From Bacteroidales bacterium (GTDB lineage: Bacteria > Bacteroidota > Bacteroidia > Bacteroidales > JAHJDW01): DNA of 64,000 nt. This document shows, in pieces, positions 8,688 to 16,615 of this stretch. Every line of letters starts with the position of its first letter. Position 1 is the first letter of the stretch. The notes under the pieces were generated by a model. That model saw only the letters and a program-made list of their open reading frames with translations. It made no database searches and had not been told where the DNA came from. The position numbers were made by a program, and so were the translations under genes. The DNA lies in contig JBAZBZ010000005.1 of the NCBI GenBank assembly GCA_041671145.1, positions 18,234 through 82,233 on the forward strand. The letters are read 5' to 3'.

Positions 8688-8791
8688 CAACATCAATAGA
8701 AACATTAAACATAAAAATCACGTAAAATATAGTTTATAATTGAAAATTAAATTAATTTAAAAATTCAAAAATATAATCGGAGGAAATTTCA

Positions 8792-10864
8792 ATGGCTAAA
8801 AAAAATGAAAATTCACAAAATAGTTTAATTCTGCATCTAGAAGATGTTATCAATGGTGAGCGTCGCTTCGAAAATGTTTTTCAGTCGGTATCAAGAATGA
8901 TACTTGAGGATTCGAGAAAAATCGAAAAAGTTACCGTTAATGGCAGAAGTACTTATGACTTCAGAATTTTCCGCGAAGGAAAAAAACATATAATCGGAAT
9001 GTTCGATGAAATCAATAGCTTTGTTTCTTTTGTGAAAGATGCTGCCGAAGGCGGCTCATCTGCGGAAATGGCTTATGTTTTAATAGGTGAACCCGGCAAT
9101 GGTAAAACATTTTTTGTGGATTTTCTTTGCAAAACGTACAGGGAATTTATTTCTCTTCCTCAAAATAAAAGATATACTTTTCGATTTAAAAATCTTGCTC
9201 AACTCGGCGGATACGGCAAAATCACAAGTATAGAATCACAAACATTCGAAGACCCCATGATTCTTGCAATGAATCTTTTTGAAACAAAAGCCGAAAATGT
9301 TGAATTCCTTGCAAAAAACGGTGCAGACGAAAAACAAATCGAAAAATTTTATAAAAATTACAGAACACTTGGCGCTTGCACATATTATATTTTTAATCAA
9401 ATTAAAAATCATTGCGATGGAAATATTGATAAAACACTTGATTTTATTGATATAATTCCTGTTCAGGTTAGTGAATCGCGCGGAACTATTACCGGAAAAT
9501 ATGCTGCAAAAGATAAAATAACTTCTTCTGCTGTTGATTTGCTCGGCGAAGAATCTATTTCACGACTTCTGCATATTGCCGAAACCGATAATCCTTATCG
9601 CTTTGATTTACGCAGAGGAGCTTTGGCAAGAGTTGCCGGCGGCGGAATTCACTTTGCCGATGAGGTTTTCAAAAACAAACGCGACCTTGTTCAGGTTTAT
9701 CTCGGAGTTATTCAAAACAGAACAATAGAAATCGAAGGATTCAAATGGCCTCTCGATACTTTAATAGTTGCAACAAGTAATAATTCGGAGTTTGCCCGTT
9801 TTCTTGAAGAAAAAGAACAGGCACCGATTGTTGACAGATGCCGCTTGACCTATATGTCACATAATACAAATTTCCAAATGCAAAAAGAATTAACATCATT
9901 TTCCCTCGGCAGCTTGGAAAAAACAACATTTGTCGGTGATAAATTACATATTGACCCGAATTTGAATTATGGAATTTCAGTGTCGGTAGTACTTTCACGT
10001 ATGCCTTCATCCGACAAACTCACTCCTGTTGAAATGATGAAACTCGCTGCCGGTGAAGTTGCAGGCGAAAAAAGTATCAGAACATTAGCCGAAGTTATTG
10101 ACGAACTAAACCGCGACCCCGATATTACAAAGCGTTTCGGGCAAAAAGGTCTCGGTCACAGAAACCTCGGAAGAGCAATTCAGATTTTACTCGAACGCTC
10201 GGAAACGCAGGAAGGTAAGTGTATGTACGCAGGCGATGTTTTCAAAGCATTGGAAAGCGTTATTCTTGATTATGTTCAGGATGCAAACGACAGAATTAAA
10301 TATTTCAACGATTTGAAAATTGCAAAAGGATTGCATCGCAAAAATGTAATGACAACAATTTTCAATGCCTACATGGACGAGCCAAATGCAGTTGAAAGAG
10401 ATGTTATGAATTATGTAAATATGATTATCGGTATTGATGCTAAAAATCTCGGACCCGATAAAATATGGACATATCGCGACCCGCAAACAAATAAACTCAT
10501 TCCACTGAAAATTGACGAAACATTTATCAACAGCGTTGAAGAGCGTATGGGTTTGAAAAACGAAGAACAGAAACAAAGTTACAGAACTACAGTTGCCAAG
10601 ATATACGGACAAAAAATGATTACCGACCCTAACTATAATTTCATGGACAACAACGACCTTGTGAAAGCAGTTACCGATGTTCGTCTGAAATCTGATGTTG
10701 CAGGAGCAGGCAGTTTGGTTGGTGCTTTATCAAACAGAACCAACGAAGAAAATCAAAAACTTTATAACAGGATGATTGATACAATGGTTAATAAACTTGG
10801 CTATTGCACAACCTGTGCTCAAAAAACAATTGAGTATTTCTGCACACAGGATGATGCAAATTAA
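8792..10864 (+). CDS. prkA: PrkA family serine protein kinase / AAA ATPase
   Basis: Walker A LIGEPGNGKTFFVDFL; GGGIHFADEVFK...TLIVATSNNSEF...VDRCRLTYM aligns by eye with E. coli YeaG blocks; followed on the same strand by DUF444 and SpoVR genes; GGAGG at 8779-8783. Confidence 0.85.
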   Translation: MAKKNENSQNSLILHLEDVINGERRFENVFQSVSRMILEDSRKIEKVTVNGRSTYDFRIFREGKKHIIGMFDEINSFVSFVKDAAEGGSSAEMAYVLIGEPGNGKTFFVDFLCKTYREFISLPQNKRYTFRFKNLAQLGGYGKITSIESQTFEDPMILAMNLFETKAENVEFLAKNGADEKQIEKFYKNYRTLGACTYYIFNQIKNHCDGNIDKTLDFIDIIPVQVSESRGTITGKYAAKDKITSSAVDLLGEESISRLLHIAETDNPYRFDLRRGALARVAGGGIHFADEVFKNKRDLVQVYLGVIQNRTIEIEGFKWPLDTLIVATSNNSEFARFLEEKEQAPIVDRCRLTYMSHNTNFQMQKELTSFSLGSLEKTTFVGDKLHIDPNLNYGISVSVVLSRMPSSDKLTPVEMMKLAAGEVAGEKSIRTLAEVIDELNRDPDITKRFGQKGLGHRNLGRAIQILLERSETQEGKCMYAGDVFKALESVILDYVQDANDRIKYFNDLKIAKGLHRKNVMTTIFNAYMDEPNAVERDVMNYVNMIIGIDAKNLGPDKIWTYRDPQTNKLIPLKIDETFINSVEERMGLKNEEQKQSYRTTVAKIYGQKMITDPNYNFMDNNDLVKAVTDVRLKSDVAGAGSLVGALSNRTNEENQKLYNRMIDTMVNKLGYCTTCAQKTIEYFCTQDDAN

Positions 10865-10880
10865 ACACAATTGAAAAAAG

Positions 10881-10945
10881 CTTCGAGCTTTGAGTTTCGA
10901 GCCATGAGAAAGAAGAGAATAGTTAATAGTGAATAATGAATAGTT
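10881..10945. repeat. Two period-7 stutter tracts (ttcgagc/tttgagt/ttcgagc and aatagtt/aatagtg/aataatg/aatagtt)
   Basis: Read directly at 10881-10908 and 10918-10945. Confidence 0.8.
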
Positions 10946-10980
10946 TAAAAATTTGTTTTTAAAGTCAATTTATTGAAATA

Positions 10981-11027
10981 AAACCCGTAGGGTTTAAATA
11001 TTGGTAACCCCGTGCTTTAGCACGGGG
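10981..11027. repeat. Pair of small GC-rich hairpins (aaaccc-gta-gggttt; ccccgtgc-ttta-gcacgggg)
   Basis: Perfect stems at 10981-10995 and 11008-11027, downstream of prkA. Confidence 0.75.
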
Positions 11028-11121
11028 GCAAAGAAATAACAGAGTTTAGCGTCGCAAGTAGAAAATTAATTAATTGTTAAAATGTTTGATGCGACGCAAA
11101 GTAGAAAGTTTATTAAAAAAT

Positions 11122-11292
11122 ATGAATTCTCAAATACAAAATATAAATATTAATACATCTGATAAACTTACCCGTTTTTCAGAAATTGTTGAATATTTTA
11201 AATCGAAAAAAAATACTGTAAAAATCTCAAGAAGCGAAAAATATTTAAAGTATGAACAGATAGTAAAAGATAAAGAAGAAATTAAACCTTAA
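11122..11292 (+). CDS. small hypothetical protein (56 aa from internal ATG)
   Basis: The track ORF 11074..11292 begins inside a near-direct repeat (11049-11065 / 11091-11108), so I prefer the MNSQIQNININ start. No motif recognised; it may not be coding. Confidence 0.3.
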   Translation: MNSQIQNININTSDKLTRFSEIVEYFKSKKNTVKISRSEKYLKYEQIVKDKEEIKP

Positions 11293-11299
11293 ATTATTA

Positions 11300-11614
11300 A
11301 TGAAAACCTTAAATAAAAATATAATTATCTCAACAATTATTGCCGAAAAACAAAACATAAAAAAATTCGGTATTAATGAAATTGGTTTGTTTGGCTCGTT
11401 TGCAAAGGATAAGCAAACATCAAAAAGTGATATTGATATTTTAGTAAGCTTCGATAGCGATAAAGAAACTTTTGATAATTTTATAAATCTTTGTTTTTTA
11501 TTTGATAAATTATTTAAAGGGAAAAAAGTTGAAGTTGTTACTAAGAATTCATTGAGTCCGTATATTTCTTCACGAATTTTAAAAGATATAAAATATGTGC
11601 AAATTACAGATTAG
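11300..11614 (+). CDS. mntA: MNT-type nucleotidyltransferase antitoxin
   Basis: GLFGSFAKDKQTSKSDIDILVSF is the GSx(n)DxD minimal nucleotidyltransferase motif; overlaps the downstream HEPN gene by 20 nt. Confidence 0.85.
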   Translation: MKTLNKNIIISTIIAEKQNIKKFGINEIGLFGSFAKDKQTSKSDIDILVSFDSDKETFDNFINLCFLFDKLFKGKKVEVVTKNSLSPYISSRILKDIKYVQITD

Positions 11615-11960
11615 TTACATATTACATATACTTGAAGAATGTACTTTTATTATTTCTACAACTAAAGATGTAGATAAAAATGATTTTTTGAAAAATGAAA
11701 TAATGAAAAGAGCTATTGTCAGAAGTATTGAGATTATTGGCGAAGCTACAAAGAAAACGGATATTGATTTTAAAAAGAAATGGAATGAAATAGAATGGAA
11801 GCAACTTGCCGGAATGCGGGATAAGCTTATTCACGATTATTTTGGTATAAACTATAACATTGTTTGGGATGTTGCAAAAAATAAAATACCACAACTTAAA
11901 ATTGATATTGAAAAAATAATTAAAAACGAAGAAAAGTATAATCAAAAGAATTTATTCTGA
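11595..11960 (+). CDS. hepT: HepT (DUF86, HEPN) toxin
   Basis: RDKLIHDY is the Rx4HxY HEPN catalytic motif; size and pairing with an MNT gene fit. Confidence 0.85.
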   Translation: MCKLQISYILHILEECTFIISTTKDVDKNDFLKNEIMKRAIVRSIEIIGEATKKTDIDFKKKWNEIEWKQLAGMRDKLIHDYFGINYNIVWDVAKNKIPQLKIDIEKIIKNEEKYNQKNLF

Positions 11961-11977
11961 AACTTACTATTTAATAA

Positions 11978-13351
11978 ATGCAAAAAAAATACTTAAAAAC
12001 ATACAATAAACTCAAAAAGTCAGGTCTTTCAAAGGAGCAGGAAAAATTAATAAACCGCGAAATAGAAATCATAAAATCTTTTGAAAACAGCAAGGGTAAA
12101 ATTCCCGAAAAGCCCAGTTTTCAAGGATTATATTCTCAAAATGATTTGGAAGTTTTTCAGAAAATAAAACCCGATTTTGAAAAAGATTTTGTACGCACTT
12201 CTTTAAGAACTCTTGATGAACTTCTTGACAAAGACAAAAAAAGAGAAGCAGACGGGTTTCCACGAAGAATTAGAATTGGCAAACTTGTTAAACCAGGCAA
12301 AGGCGATAAAGGAAAAGTTGTTGTTGTTCCATCTACTACCGAGCCAAAATTTTATCACGACGATTCAATAACCGAAGAAAACGAAACCGGTGGCAACGGC
12401 GAAGGCGAAGAAGGTGAAGTAATAGGTGAACAACAAGCACAACCTCAGCAGGGCGAAGGCGATGCACAAGGCGCAGGCCAGGGTGAAGGCGGCGACCACG
12501 ATATGAGTCAGGAAGCATTTGATTTAGGTAGAGTGCTTACTGAAAAATTTGAATTACCGAATCTAAAAGATAAAGGAAAAAAACGTTCGTTTTCAAAATA
12601 TACTTACGACCTTACCGATATTAATCGCGGTTTTGGTCAGGTGCTTGATAAAAAGGCAACTTTAAAAAAAATAATAGAAACCAATATTCAACTCGGAAAA
12701 ATAGATGGAATAAAACAATTCTCGGGCGAAGACCTGCTGGCAAGTCCGCAGGATTACGTTTACAGAATTCTTTCAAGAGAAAAAGATTTTGAAACGCAGG
12801 CAGTGGTTTTTTTCCTTCGCGATTATTCCGGTTCGATGCAGGGAAAACCAACTGAAGTTGTAACAACACAGCATTTGCTTATTTACAGCTGGCTTATGTT
12901 TCAATATCAGAATAATGTTGTAACTCGATTTATTTTACACGATACCGAAGCAAAAGAAGTTCCTGATTTTTACACTTATTATCGTTCGCAGATTGCAGGC
13001 GGAACACGCGTTGCTCCTGCTTTTCAGCTTGTAAATAAAATTGTGGAAGAAGAACGTTTGGCAAAAGATTATAATATTTATGTTTTTCACGGAACCGATG
13101 GTGATGACTGGGATACCGATGGAAAAGAACTTTTAGATGCAATAGACAAAATGACACTTTATGCAAACAGAATAGGAATAACTGTTGCAAAAAATTCGTG
13201 GTCGGGAGAAAACAATACTGTAGTTGAGATTAATTTTGAAAATTCGGGAATATTAAAAGAAAAACCGCAGTTGGTAAGAATTGACGGCTTCTCCGCAGAA
13301 GAAGGAACAGAAGATAGGATTATTGAGGGAATAAAAAAGTTGGTGGGGTGA
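11978..13351 (+). CDS. yeaH: YeaH/YhbH family protein (DUF444, vWA-like)
   Basis: RDYSGSMQGKP, IAGGTRVAPAF and FHGTDGDDWD; acidic/Gly-rich linker GNGEGEEGEV...GEGGDHD. Confidence 0.85.
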   Translation: MQKKYLKTYNKLKKSGLSKEQEKLINREIEIIKSFENSKGKIPEKPSFQGLYSQNDLEVFQKIKPDFEKDFVRTSLRTLDELLDKDKKREADGFPRRIRIGKLVKPGKGDKGKVVVVPSTTEPKFYHDDSITEENETGGNGEGEEGEVIGEQQAQPQQGEGDAQGAGQGEGGDHDMSQEAFDLGRVLTEKFELPNLKDKGKKRSFSKYTYDLTDINRGFGQVLDKKATLKKIIETNIQLGKIDGIKQFSGEDLLASPQDYVYRILSREKDFETQAVVFFLRDYSGSMQGKPTEVVTTQHLLIYSWLMFQYQNNVVTRFILHDTEAKEVPDFYTYYRSQIAGGTRVAPAFQLVNKIVEEERLAKDYNIYVFHGTDGDDWDTDGKELLDAIDKMTLYANRIGITVAKNSWSGENNTVVEINFENSGILKEKPQLVRIDGFSAEEGTEDRIIEGIKKLVG

Positions 13352-13360
13352 TTTTTTAAA

Positions 13361-13377
13361 ATCTGTGAATCTGTGGC
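13361..13377. repeat. Solo copy of ATCTGTGAATCTGTGGC
   Basis: Identical 17-mer to 6111-6127. Confidence 0.9.
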
Positions 13378-13407
13378 ATTTTTTTATTAAATATTTAAAA
13401 ACTTGTA

Positions 13408-13450
13408 AATCTTTAATTTTTTTAATCTTTTAATTTTTCAATCTTTTAAT
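13408..13450. repeat. Period-15 stutter aatctttaattttttt / aatcttttaatttttc / aatcttttaat running into the spoVR start codon
   Basis: Read directly. Confidence 0.8.
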
Positions 13451-15074
13451 GGAATTAATAGGACAACATACAAAAAAAATAATGGAGGAATGCAAAGTCA
13501 GGGCTCGTGGAGCCGGACTTAAGTTCGACAACGAATCACTTGAATATATTGTTTCGAACTCCGATATGCTTGAACTTCATCCGAAAGTTATGATTCCGAC
13601 TTTGTACGATTACTGGGTTAACGATGTTGAAGTTCTCAAAGAAAAAGGGAAGTATTCGCTTTATCCTAATAATCCTTATGAAACGGTAATAAATTCACGT
13701 CCGGCAATTTCATTTTACAACGACAATAATCCCGATTGGATGAACATAATGATTTTTTATCATGTTCTCGCACATATTGATTGTTTTCAGAATAATATTT
13801 TATTTGAAAAAACATGGAATGATGATTTTGTGGGACAGGCACTTGCCGATAAGCGGCTTATTGCAAGTTTACGGAGCGAACATGGACGCTGGCTTGATTA
13901 TGTGATTGAATTCAGCAGAAATATTGATAATCTTACAGGATATTTTAAAATTTTATCGCTTCAAAATTTCCCCAAAAACATTGAAACATCAACAAAAGTA
14001 AAATATTATTTTGCTACGTTTTTGCAGGAAAAAATTAAAATGCCTGCAAATGAAATTTTCAAGGAAGTTGAAAAATTTAATAACTTCATAGAAAAACAGG
14101 GAGAAATGGGAGAGATACTGTTTTTCACAGAAGTAAAAATTAAACACCCCGAATTTCAGGCGTTATATGAACGTTTTGGTGAAGTTGAAAAACACGAAGC
14201 AATAGATGTGATGGAATTTATTAAAGATAATTCCCCATTTTTAAAAAAGGATAGCAACGGCTGGATGAAATCTGTGATGAGTGTTGTGAGAAATACTGCA
14301 TTATATTTTGCTCCGCAAATAAGAACGAAAATACTAAACGAAGGATGGGCAAGTTACTGGCACGACCGACTTTTCATTTCCGATAACAGAATTAAAGGAC
14401 ATGAAATAGGATATGCAAAATTAAATGCAGGTGTTACTTCAATAAGTCGTATCGGGTTGAATCCGTATGCTATTGGCTTGAGATTGATTCAGTATATTGA
14501 AATGCTTGCCGATAAAGGAAAACTTAATTATGATTTTCAAAAGCTCCAAAATATTGATGAACGCGGAAGTTATGATAAAAAAACAAAAAAAGGTAACGCA
14601 GCAATATTTGAAATAAGAAAAAATTTCTCCGACTTCATGCTCATCAATACTTTCGTTAATCAGGATTTTGTTGATATGCATGGCTTGTTTGTTGTCGGCA
14701 TACGTTATAATCCGCAAAGAAATACTTACGAATATTATGTAAAAAGCCGCAAAGCCGAAGATTATAAAAAAATGCTGCTTGATTCACTTTATCATCCGCC
14801 TTCTATAACAGTGAATACAAAAAAAACTACCGATGAAAAAATTTATCTTGAACATAAATTTGAAGGCAAACAATTAATAAAAGATTTTATTCCAGATACA
14901 ATGCTTGGTATTTCATATTTATGGGGCGGACAAGTTCAACTCGAAACCACCGAAATTATTAAAAAAGAACAAAACCAGCTTTTTGATGCAGAAGAATCAC
15001 AGGAAGAAAAATTTGAATACAGAAAAGTACTTTATACATATCAAGATAAAAACATAAATAAAGTTTACTTGTAA
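13449..15074 (+). CDS. spoVR: SpoVR family protein
   Basis: YHVLAHIDCFQNN and NEGWASYWH are typical SpoVR/YcgB blocks. Confidence 0.9.
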   Translation: MELIGQHTKKIMEECKVRARGAGLKFDNESLEYIVSNSDMLELHPKVMIPTLYDYWVNDVEVLKEKGKYSLYPNNPYETVINSRPAISFYNDNNPDWMNIMIFYHVLAHIDCFQNNILFEKTWNDDFVGQALADKRLIASLRSEHGRWLDYVIEFSRNIDNLTGYFKILSLQNFPKNIETSTKVKYYFATFLQEKIKMPANEIFKEVEKFNNFIEKQGEMGEILFFTEVKIKHPEFQALYERFGEVEKHEAIDVMEFIKDNSPFLKKDSNGWMKSVMSVVRNTALYFAPQIRTKILNEGWASYWHDRLFISDNRIKGHEIGYAKLNAGVTSISRIGLNPYAIGLRLIQYIEMLADKGKLNYDFQKLQNIDERGSYDKKTKKGNAAIFEIRKNFSDFMLINTFVNQDFVDMHGLFVVGIRYNPQRNTYEYYVKSRKAEDYKKMLLDSLYHPPSITVNTKKTTDEKIYLEHKFEGKQLIKDFIPDTMLGISYLWGGQVQLETTEIIKKEQNQLFDAEESQEEKFEYRKVLYTYQDKNINKVYL

Positions 15075-15122
15075 AAATAACTTGAATAAAATGCTACAAA
15101 GAAACTAAGTCATTAAGTTTTT

Positions 15123-15157
15123 TTGCGATTTCTTTGTGTCTTAGCAACTTTGCGGTA
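15123..15157. repeat. Solo arm of the CGCAAAG word family
   Basis: ttgcgatttctttgtgtcttagcaactttgcggta; gives the ...AKTQRNRKKT tail of the spurious ORF 15113..15532. Confidence 0.6.
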
Positions 15158-15173
15158 AAAAATACTTCCGAAT

Positions 15174-15740
15174 ATGTTAAAAATAAATCTAAAAATAATT
15201 ATTCTATTTTTTTCATTTTTAAATATTTTTTGTGCAGGCTCACAAAAATCAAATAAAAAAACAACTGACACTTTATCTATGAAAATTGTTTTAAAAAGCA
15301 ACGGATTTAATGATGGTGAAATGATGCCCGCAAAATTTTCATGCGACGGCGAAAATGTTTCACCTCCGTTATCATGGGATTCAGTTCCAGAAAAGGCAAA
15401 AACATTCGCAATAATCTGCGATGACCCCGATGCACCAATGAAAACATGGGTGCATTGGGTGATATTCAATATTCCTTCAAATGTAAAAGAATTAAAGGAA
15501 GGAATGAAGAAGGACGCAGTTTTGGGAAACAAAATTATACAGGGTACAACTGATTTTGGTAAAAGCGGTTATGGCGGTCCTTGTCCTCCCGGTGGAACAC
15601 ACAGATACTTTTTTAAAATTTATGCATTGGATTGTGAAATGAATTTAAAAGCAGCTACAACAAAAGAACAACTCCTGAAAGCGATGGAAGGACATATATT
15701 AGCTCAAGGTGAATTAATCGGAAAGTATAAAAGAAAATAA
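15174..15740 (+). CDS. YbhB/YbcL-family PEBP (Raf-kinase-inhibitor-like) protein, probable lipoprotein
   Basis: ICDDPDAP...WVHWVIFNIP...TDFGKSGYGGPCPPGGTHRYFFKIYALD aligns with E. coli YbhB; signal peptide ending ...LNIFCAGS. Confidence 0.85.
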   Translation: MLKINLKIIILFFSFLNIFCAGSQKSNKKTTDTLSMKIVLKSNGFNDGEMMPAKFSCDGENVSPPLSWDSVPEKAKTFAIICDDPDAPMKTWVHWVIFNIPSNVKELKEGMKKDAVLGNKIIQGTTDFGKSGYGGPCPPGGTHRYFFKIYALDCEMNLKAATTKEQLLKAMEGHILAQGELIGKYKRK

Positions 15741-15751
15741 AATTTTTATAA

Positions 15752-16489
15752 ATGAGCATTTATTCTAAAATACTTGAAAACATTAAGAAAAATAAAAAGC
15801 AATTTGCTGTTTTAATTGACCCCGATAAATTAGAAAAAGAAGAAATTTCAAAAATTTCAAAAACCGCGATTGAGGCAGAAGTTGATTTTTTCTTTGTTGG
15901 CGGAAGTTTACTCACTAATGATAATTTTGCTCACTGCATTAAAATTTTAAAGCAAAATTCTGAAATTCCTGTATTGATTTTCCCCGGAAATAATTTACAG
16001 ATAAACCAAAATGCTGACGGAATACTTTTCCTTTCGCTTATTTCGGGCAGAAATGCTGAAATGCTTATCGGGAAGCACGTTATTGCTGCCCCGTACATCA
16101 AAGCATTTGGACTCGAAACTATTCCTACCGGTTATATGCTTATTGACAGCGGAAAAGCAACTACCGCTTTATACATGAGCAATTCATTTCCTATTCCTTG
16201 TGATAAAGATGAAATTGCAATGTGTACAGCAATGGCAGGAGAAATGCTCGGTTTGAAAATGATATATATGGATGCCGGAAGCGGTGCTGCAAGTACAATT
16301 TCAACCAAAATGATTTCAAAAGTAAAACAAAATATTTCTGTTCCTTTAGTTATAGGTGGAGGAATAAAAACTCCCGAAAAAGCCGTTGAATGCTGTAAAG
16401 CTGGTGCCGATATTATTGTGGTTGGAAATGCAATTGAAGAAAACTTTCCGCTCATTAGAAATATTTCTGATGCTTTGAAAATGGTATAA
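15752..16489 (+). CDS. pcrB: geranylgeranylglyceryl/heptaprenylglyceryl phosphate synthase (PcrB/GGGPS family)
   Basis: FAVLIDPDK, FFFVGGS and LVIGGGIKTPEKAVECCKAGADIIVVGNAIEE parallel B. subtilis PcrB LFYGGGIKDAETAKQYAEHADVIVVGNAVYE. Confidence 0.85.
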   Translation: MSIYSKILENIKKNKKQFAVLIDPDKLEKEEISKISKTAIEAEVDFFFVGGSLLTNDNFAHCIKILKQNSEIPVLIFPGNNLQINQNADGILFLSLISGRNAEMLIGKHVIAAPYIKAFGLETIPTGYMLIDSGKATTALYMSNSFPIPCDKDEIAMCTAMAGEMLGLKMIYMDAGSGAASTISTKMISKVKQNISVPLVIGGGIKTPEKAVECCKAGADIIVVGNAIEENFPLIRNISDALKMV

Positions 16490-16532
16490 TTTGCTGCTGG
16501 ATTTATACCAATCTTAGCTCAAAAGCACAAAA

Positions 16533-16589
16533 CTAACAGGTTTTTAATCTGTTGAGCCAATCTCCTGACAGAGTCGTCAGACCTGTCAG
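16533..16589. repeat. GC-rich hairpin cluster sharing ctaacaggt...agacctgt with 42055-42087
   Basis: ctaacaggt (16533-16541), agacctgtcag (16580-16590) and stem ctgacag/ctgtcag (16565-16571 / 16583-16589). Confidence 0.55.
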
Positions 16590-16615
16590 AGTTTATAAGG
16601 TATCATAAATTTTTA

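Noticed and set aside
12336-12518. GC-rich patch within the DUF444 gene as foreign DNA or a hidden gene (60-aa antisense ORF)
   Set aside because: It encodes the Gly/Glu/Gln-rich acidic linker (GNGEGEEGEV...GEGGD) in frame within YeaH. Such linkers are usual in this family.
15113-15532. 139-aa minus-strand ORF overlapping the PEBP gene
   Set aside because: It is antisense to a gene with clear PEBP motifs. Its C-terminal ...AKTQRNRKKT is read out of the CGCAAAG repeat arm, a recurrent artefact.
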